Below, piece by piece: positions 56,325 to 64,000 of a stretch of 64,000 bases of DNA. The position numbers were made by a program, and so were the translations under genes. The stretch's first letter is position 1, and each line of letters starts with the position of its first letter. The notes below the pieces were generated by a model. It was given only the letters and a program-made list of their open reading frames with translations, ran no database searches and was not told where the DNA came from. Origin of the DNA: Dehalococcoidia bacterium (lineage in GTDB: Bacteria; Chloroflexota; Dehalococcoidia; SHYB01); the NCBI GenBank assembly GCA_009693015.1, contig SHYB01000001.1, positions 47,885 to 111,884 on the forward strand. Direction: 5' to 3'.

Positions 56325-56445
56325 AACGCAGCCTCCCCGGAGCACCAGTATAGCCTGCGCCGGGGTGACGCCTGCGCGTACGCTCTGCTAGCATGGCCCG
56401 TGGTCTGCCGGCATTGCCCGCAAAGAGAAATGCGCCACAGCAAAC

Positions 56446-57417
56446 ATGCCCTACGTCATTGAAGCTCGCGGCTTGGTCAAACGCTACGGCGCGTTCACCG
56501 CGCTGGACGGCATCCATTTCCACGTGGACGCCGGCGAGTGCTTCGGCCTGCTGGGGGCCAACGGCGCGGGCAAAACGAGCACCAGCCGCCTGATCTCCTG
56601 CGTCTCGCCGGTGACCGCGGGCGAGCTGACGGTGATGGGGCGCAGCGTGCGCACCCACCCGCGCGAAATCAAGGCGCGCCTGGGCGTGGTGCCCCAGCAC
56701 GATAACCTGGACCCCGACATGGGCGTCCTGGACAACCTCCTGGTGTACGGGCGGTACTTTGAGATTCCGCGTGCCGAACGCACCCGTCGCGCCGCGGAGG
56801 TGCTGCGACTCATGGAAATGGAGCATCGCGCGCAGGCGTCCATAGACACGCTCTCCGGCGGCATGAAGCGCCGGTTGCTTATCGCGCGGGCGCTGCTCAA
56901 CCGCCCCGAGGCGCTGGTGCTGGACGAGCCTACCACCGGCCTCGACCCCCACGCGCGGCGGCTGGTGTGGCAGCGCCTGCGCCAGCTCAAGGCCCAGGGG
57001 GTCACCATGGTGCTCTCCACGCATTACATGGAGGAGGCCGCCATCCTTTGCGACCGCATCGCCATGATGGACAAGGGGCGCATCCTGGATACCGGGTCGC
57101 CGCGGGAGCTCATCGCCCGCCACGCTCCGGGCGAAGTGCTGGAGCTGCGACTGCCGCCGTGGGGGAAGGAGCGCGTGCAGGCGATGCTGGCCCGCTCTGG
57201 TGCGCAGGCGTCACGGGGCGTGGCTACGGCGCGAGTGCTCGACGCCGGCGATGCGCTGGTGCTCTTCGGCGCGGGCGGCCCAAGCGGCGTAGACGCGGGC
57301 GGCGTGGGCGGCATACAGGCGGCGTGGGGCGTGGCGCCGGAGCACATCGTGCGGCGCGCGGGCACGCTTGAGGACGTCTTTCTCCTGCTTGCGGGTAAGG
57401 GGCTGGACGCCGAATGA
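56446..57417 (+). CDS. ABC transporter ATP-binding protein (ABC-2/NodI-DrrA type)
   Basis: Walker [10 protein letters not shown], signature LSGGMKRRL, Walker B. Confidence 0.8.
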   Translation: MPYVIEARGLVKRYGAFTALDGIHFHVDAGECFGLLGANGAGKTSTSRLISCVSPVTAGELTVMGRSVRTHPREIKARLGVVPQHDNLDPDMGVLDNLLVYGRYFEIPRAERTRRAAEVLRLMEMEHRAQASIDTLSGGMKRRLLIARALLNRPEALVLDEPTTGLDPHARRLVWQRLRQLKAQGVTMVLSTHYMEEAAILCDRIAMMDKGRILDTGSPRELIARHAPGEVLELRLPPWGKERVQAMLARSGAQASRGVATARVLDAGDALVLFGAGGPSGVDAGGVGGIQAAWGVAPEHIVRRAGTLEDVFLLLAGKGLDAE

Positions 57418-58187
57418 TCGCCCTGCCTCCTGTCAGCTGGCGCGCCCTCCGCGCCTGGCAGCGCAACCGCGACGCATTCCTGCGCCTGTGGAAGACCGAC
57501 GCCATCCCCGCGCTGGCCGAGCCTATCGTGGTGCTGCTCATCGTGAGCTTCGGCTTCGGGCGCATCGTGGAGGACGTGGACGGCATGCTGTACCGCGACT
57601 ACGTCGGCCCGGGGATGCTCGCCGCCTACACCATGTTCGCCCCCGCGTTCGAAAATACGTGGGCCTCCTACCTCCGCATGGCGGTGCAGCGCACCTTCGA
57701 CGCCATGATCGTGACTCCGCTCTCCATCGAGGACGTCATCGCCGGCGAAATCCTGTGGGGCATCACCCGCGCCCTCATGCACGGCGTCATGATTCTCATC
57801 GTGCTAGCGGCGCTCGGCGTGGTGCACTCCCCGCTGGCGGTGCTGGTGATCCCGCTCGCGCTGCTCCAGGGCCTGCTCATGGCCTCGCTGGCAATGTGCG
57901 TCACCGCCAGGGCGCCCTCCATCAACTCGTTCAACTATTTCTGGTCGCTCTTCCTCTACCCCATGTTCTTCTTGAGCGGGGTCTTCTTCCCCCTGCATGA
58001 GTTCCCCGTGGCGCTGGAGCGGCTGGCCTGGGCGCTGCCCATGACCTCCGGCGTGCACATCGCCCGCAACCTGGTGCATGGCGATCTCACGCTCAGCATG
58101 CTGTGGGCCGCACTGGCCATGGCGGGAGGCGCGTTCGTCCTGTTCTACGCGGCGCTGGCGCTCATGCGGCGGCGGCTGATTGTTTGA
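57414..58187 (+). CDS. ABC-2 type transporter permease
   Basis: 257 aa, 6 TM, 4-nt overlap with the ATPase gene. Confidence 0.7.
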   Translation: MIALPPVSWRALRAWQRNRDAFLRLWKTDAIPALAEPIVVLLIVSFGFGRIVEDVDGMLYRDYVGPGMLAAYTMFAPAFENTWASYLRMAVQRTFDAMIVTPLSIEDVIAGEILWGITRALMHGVMILIVLAALGVVHSPLAVLVIPLALLQGLLMASLAMCVTARAPSINSFNYFWSLFLYPMFFLSGVFFPLHEFPVALERLAWALPMTSGVHIARNLVHGDLTLSMLWAALAMAGGAFVLFYAALALMRRRLIV

Positions 58188-58239
58188 TGCCTTGCTGCAT
58201 CATAGCTTGCTGAATCATAGTGTGAGGGCGCCGTGCTAG

Positions 58240-60312
<2,073 letters not shown>

Positions 60313-60329
60313 GCTAGGAAGGTGTCGCC

Positions 60330-60458
60330 ATGAGCGTTCCTCCCCCGTCCCGCAAGAGTCGCGGCGCGGCCGGCAATGCTATGCCGCTGGCGGTGGATGT
60401 CCCCGTGACCGTCGCTGTGCAACGGGGCGGCAAGCGCGTGCGGCTGCGCCTGCGATGA
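60330..60458 (+). CDS. hypothetical 42-aa ORF whose stop overlaps the pth start (ATGA)
   Basis: MSVPPPSRKSRGAAGNAMPLAVDVPVTVAVQRGGKRVRLRLR; GGAAGG RBS; no recognised family. Confidence 0.25.
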   Translation: MSVPPPSRKSRGAAGNAMPLAVDVPVTVAVQRGGKRVRLRLR

Positions 60459-61072
60459 CGCCGCTCTTTCGTAAAACTCCGCCGCCGCCGCGCGAGCTAT
60501 GGCTCATCGTGGGCCTGGGCAACCCCGGCTCGCGCTACGCCCGCAGCCGCCACAACGCCGGATACATGTGCCTGGAGCGCTGGGCGGCGCGCCATCACCT
60601 CACGGAGGAGCGGCGCAAGGAGTACGCCATCATTGTGGAGGGCGCCGTGCGCCTGGGCGGCCGCGACGTGCGCGTGCTGCTGGCCAAGGCCCGCTCCTTC
60701 ATGAACGAAAGTGGCGGCCCCGTGGCCGAGCTCGTGCGACGCTATCATGTGCCGCCCGCGCGCCTGATCGTTGCCTACGACGATCTCGATCTGCCTCTGG
60801 GCAAAGTGCGCCTGCGGGAGCGTGGCTCCGCGGGCGGACATAACGGCATGAAGTCAATCATCGAGCGCCTGGGCACGCAGGGGTTCCCCCGCCTGCGCAT
60901 CGGCATCGGCCGCCCCAATGAGCCGCGCGCCGGGGCTATCGGCCACGTGCTGGGCAATTTCAACCTGGAAGAGCAGCCGGCAATAGATGCGGCGCTGGAC
61001 GCGGCCTGTGATGCGCTGGACTGCACGCTGGGTGAAGGCCTCGCCGCCGCGATGAACCGCTTCAACGGGTAG
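60455..61072 (+). CDS. pth: peptidyl-tRNA hydrolase
   Basis: LIVGLGNPG..RHNAG motif; 13-residue N-terminal extension relative to typical Pth. Confidence 0.85.
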   Translation: MTPLFRKTPPPPRELWLIVGLGNPGSRYARSRHNAGYMCLERWAARHHLTEERRKEYAIIVEGAVRLGGRDVRVLLAKARSFMNESGGPVAELVRRYHVPPARLIVAYDDLDLPLGKVRLRERGSAGGHNGMKSIIERLGTQGFPRLRIGIGRPNEPRAGAIGHVLGNFNLEEQPAIDAALDAACDALDCTLGEGLAAAMNRFNG

Positions 61073-61084
61073 GCGCAGCCCCGG

Positions 61085-61130
61085 CACAAAGAAGAAGGGG
61101 GCGCAGTTGTGCGCCCCCTTCTTCTTTGTG
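61085..61130. terminator. bidirectional terminator: perfect 21-bp stem, 4-nt loop
   Basis: cacaaagaagaagggggcgca-gttg-tgcgcccccttcttctttgtg between convergent pth and amidohydrolase genes. Confidence 0.7.
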
Positions 61131-61151
61131 CAAGAACAGGCGAATGCTGCG

Positions 61152-62321
61152 CTAGCGCGCTCCCGCGGCTTGGGGCGCCGGCAGCTTGTACAGCGCGGCG
61201 CAGTTGCCGTGCATCACGCGGTCGCGCTCCTCGTCGCTCACGCCTTCCAGCAGTTGCGCCAGCGCGGCGCGGGAGCTGGGCCAGGTCGTGGTGCTATTGG
61301 GGTAATGGGATGCCCACATCAGCGCGTTCTTGTTGATGTCCGCCCGCGAAAGGATGGCGGTGCGCTCATTGTGGATGGTGGCCTTGACGCTCTGGCGCAC
61401 GTGCTCGCCGGGCCACTGGCGCAGGTGCTTGAGCCCCACGAACTGGGCGTAGCGGTAGTTCCAGTCCATGATCTCGCCGCACAGCGGCAGCCAGCCGCAG
61501 CCGTTCTCGATCATCGACACCTGGAACTTGGGGAAGCGCTCCATGACGCCGGTGAGGATGAGGAAGGCCATGTTGGCGTTCTTGGAGGAGGCGTAGTTGA
61601 CCCACTTGGCCTCCCACGCCGGCTCGTAGGCGCGCACCCCCTTGGCGTTGGGGCCAATGTAGCGCTGCGGCGCCGTGGGGGTGCGGTCGTTGCCTACGGG
61701 GCCGCCGCGTATCAGGTTCAGCGCCATGCCCGCATCGGTGAGGACGCCCCAGAAGGCGTCGTCGGCGGGCACCGGCTTATCGGCCCCCCCGGGCCACCCG
61801 GAGAAGATCACGCCGCGAAAACCCGCCTTGGCGGCGCGCTGGGCCTCCGCTACGGCGTCATCCAGCCCGGTGGCGGGCATGATCGCCATGGGGTGCAGGC
61901 GCTTGCCGTTGCCCGATTGCGCCCACTCCCACACGCCGTCGTTATACGCCTTCACGCACGCCAGTTGCAGCTCGCGATCCCGGATGGTGCGAAGGTCCAG
62001 ACCGAACGTGGGGAAGATGCACGCGGCGTCCGTCTCGTCCACGTCCATGTCCTTGAGACGCTCCTTGGCATCATACCCGCCTTTGCGGATGTTGGCGTAG
62101 GACGTGCCGTGCGTCTTGAAATCCAGCGGGCTCATGCCTGCAACGGCATCCAGGCCCAGGGGGCGCAGCCACTGCCCGCCCTCAAAGGCCCAGCCTTCGC
62201 CGCCGTCCGGCATGCTCACCACCTTGGGGGCCAGGTCGCGCAGCTTGGCCGGTACGCGGCTGCTCCACAGGTCCTTCGGCTCGATAATGTACTGTCCCGC
62301 GTCCACGACCATTGGTTTCAT
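61152..62321 (-). CDS. amidohydrolase-2 family protein, paralog 3
   Basis: Start MKPMVVDAGQYIIEP; upstream 61 aa of track ORF is low-complexity and rejected. Confidence 0.7.
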   Translation of the reverse strand: MKPMVVDAGQYIIEPKDLWSSRVPAKLRDLAPKVVSMPDGGEGWAFEGGQWLRPLGLDAVAGMSPLDFKTHGTSYANIRKGGYDAKERLKDMDVDETDAACIFPTFGLDLRTIRDRELQLACVKAYNDGVWEWAQSGNGKRLHPMAIMPATGLDDAVAEAQRAAKAGFRGVIFSGWPGGADKPVPADDAFWGVLTDAGMALNLIRGGPVGNDRTPTAPQRYIGPNAKGVRAYEPAWEAKWVNYASSKNANMAFLILTGVMERFPKFQVSMIENGCGWLPLCGEIMDWNYRYAQFVGLKHLRQWPGEHVRQSVKATIHNERTAILSRADINKNALMWASHYPNSTTTWPSSRAALAQLLEGVSDEERDRVMHGNCAALYKLPAPQAAGAR

Positions 62322-62439
62322 CTGCTGCTCCTCACGCGCACGCTCAATGTATTTTCCGCAGCTAGGGCGCGCCGCACCATCCCAGGGCCTGGGGGCGATG
62401 CCCTGGCAGGCCGGAGGAAATTGCCGATGCCGTCCCCGC

Positions 62440-63597
62440 CTAGTTGGGGTAGCTGACGCCGTAGAACTTCGCGGCGTTGCTCCAGAGGATCTTTTCCTTC
62501 TCATCCTCAGGCACGCCGTTGAACAGCAAGTCCACGTAGAACCGCGTGTGGGGCCAGAAGTTGCCGATGTGCGGGTAGTCCGACCCGAAGGTTAGGTTGT
62601 CTACGCCGATCTGGTAGCGGTACTTGATCCCCTGGATCTCGCGGTCCACGCTGATGAGCACCTTCTTGGCGTATTCGCTGGGCAGCATCTTGAGATTGCT
62701 CTCCCCCGCCGACCAGCGCTCCCGCTGGTACACCAGGTCCAGCTGCTCCAGATAGCCCGGCAGCCAGCCCGCGCTCGTCTCCACCAAGGAAATCTTCAGG
62801 TTGGGGAAGCGCTCCAGCACGCCGTTCATGAGAAGCTGTCCTAGGCCGATCTGCGCGCCCAGGCCCGCGGCGCGCATCGCGGCGATCATCTCCTGGTCGC
62901 GCACCGGAGGCACGGCCGTGTCCGCCGGGGGACGCGGCTTCAGCACTGTGCCCGCGGGATGCCGCTTCTTGCCTGACCCGCCGCTCCCGTGCATGGTCAG
63001 CACCAGGCCGGTCTCCTGCACCGTGGCCCAGAACGGGTCATCCGCCTGGGAGATCGTCTCGTTGCCGGACGGCGCGCCGTTGAATTGATAGTGGATGAAC
63101 CCCTTCTTCGCCACCCGCTTCAGCTCATCCATCGCCCACTCGATGTCTCGGTTGGGCATCATCGCCACGGGGAACATGCGCTTGGGATCGCCCGCCTGGG
63201 CCCAGTCCCACGCCGCGTCGTTATACACCCGCACGCACTCGCGATAGAGATCGTCGTCTTGGATGGCGCTGGTGTGGCCCGCCACGCTGGGGAAGAAGAG
63301 CGCCACGTCAATGCCGTCTATATCCATCGACTTGATGCGCTCCTTCGGGTCGTAGAAGGAGGGGGAGGTATTTTCGTAACGGAACTTCCATGACGAGTTC
63401 CTCGGGTTGTTCCCGCCCACGTTCTCCAGGCCGATGAGGTGCAGGACGGCCCCGCCCTCAAAGCTCCACGCCTCGCTGCCGTTGGGCAGGTCCACCACGT
63501 GCGGCGCCATGTCGCCGTACTTCTTCCCCATGCGGCTGGTCCAGAAGTCCTTGGTGGGGGTGATGTGATGGTCGGTGTCAAAGATGCGAACTGTCAT
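62440..63597 (-). CDS. amidohydrolase-2 family protein, paralog 4
   Basis: 385 aa; MTVRIFDTDHHITP N-terminal metal motif; clearly homologous to paralog 3. Confidence 0.7.
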   Translation of the reverse strand: MTVRIFDTDHHITPTKDFWTSRMGKKYGDMAPHVVDLPNGSEAWSFEGGAVLHLIGLENVGGNNPRNSSWKFRYENTSPSFYDPKERIKSMDIDGIDVALFFPSVAGHTSAIQDDDLYRECVRVYNDAAWDWAQAGDPKRMFPVAMMPNRDIEWAMDELKRVAKKGFIHYQFNGAPSGNETISQADDPFWATVQETGLVLTMHGSGGSGKKRHPAGTVLKPRPPADTAVPPVRDQEMIAAMRAAGLGAQIGLGQLLMNGVLERFPNLKISLVETSAGWLPGYLEQLDLVYQRERWSAGESNLKMLPSEYAKKVLISVDREIQGIKYRYQIGVDNLTFGSDYPHIGNFWPHTRFYVDLLFNGVPEDEKEKILWSNAAKFYGVSYPN

Positions 63598-63752
63598 GCG
63601 GCTCTCCTCCTAGCGCCGGAGCACTCCGGCGACAACGGCCCGGGCGTATTCCGTGGGTAGCGCAGGCCGATTCCACGTGTGGCCTACTTTGCTCCCGCTG
63701 GCGCTCTGTTGTCAAATGACGAAGTTGCCATGTGTGGTATAACAAATATGCT

Positions 63753-64000
63753 ATGCAGAAACCCGACCTTCGCAACATCCGCCGCCTCGAGGCCTTCGTG
63801 GAGGTCGCCGAGCTGCGCAGCTTCTCCCGCGCCGCGCACCGCTTGCAGCTTACCCAGCCCGCTGTCTCGCGATACATCAAGGAGATCGAGCGCACGCTCG
63901 GCGCGCCGCTGTTCGAGCATCGCCAGCGCAACCTGGCGCTGACGGAAGCGGGACAGGTGATGTACGGGCATGCGCGGAAGATCATCACCCTGATGGAAGA
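63753..64000 (+). CDS. LysR-family transcriptional regulator (N-terminal HTH; 3' partial)
   Basis: MQKPDLRNIRRLEAFVEVAELRSFSRAAHRLQLTQPAVSRYIKEIE.. canonical LysR wHTH. Confidence 0.7.
   Translation, partial: MQKPDLRNIRRLEAFVEVAELRSFSRAAHRLQLTQPAVSRYIKEIERTLGAPLFEHRQRNLALTEAGQVMYGHARKIITLME

Overview
High-GC (~68%) bacterial chromosomal segment, densely coding on both strands; about 70 features are supported. The dominant feature is a long minus-strand hopanoid/isoprenoid supercluster (dxs - polyprenyl synthase - hpnH - hypothetical - hpnG - hpnA - shc - ispG - hpnC - hpnD - hpnE, about 16.6-29.5 kb). It is translationally coupled at its 3' end to a 2-hydroxyacid dehydrogenase / FGGY sugar kinase / class-II aldolase trio that is not part of the canonical hpn gene set. 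Other blocks are: an rny-ymdB-PHP-plsY block; ftsH with a divergent greA-like gene; class II RNR (nrdJ) next to a long low-coding region holding a low-GC small-membrane-protein ORF; archaeal-type proS; an accessory-looking catabolic island with four paralogous amidohydrolase-2 genes, a cyclase, alpha/beta hydrolases, an LLM oxidoreductase and a DUF385 deazaflavin-type reductase; folP-folK; hemQ; a stomatin/NfeD pair; an ABC-2 exporter; ligA and pth. Points for a second look are: a candidate selenoprotein (ArsC/Spx-family gene with an in-frame TGA exactly at the first Cys of the CxxC motif), a NYN-domain gene split by an in-frame TAA, a frameshifted CapA-family gene, an unlisted orphan HicB-like small ORF, a 42-aa ORF ATGA-coupled to pth, and several tandem duplications and strong hairpins. 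The six-frame track contains many long antisense ORFs typical of high-GC DNA; these were rejected. The phylum cannot be assigned from sequence alone; RNase Y plus F420-type enzymes plus hopanoids is compatible with Chloroflexota-like lineages, among others.
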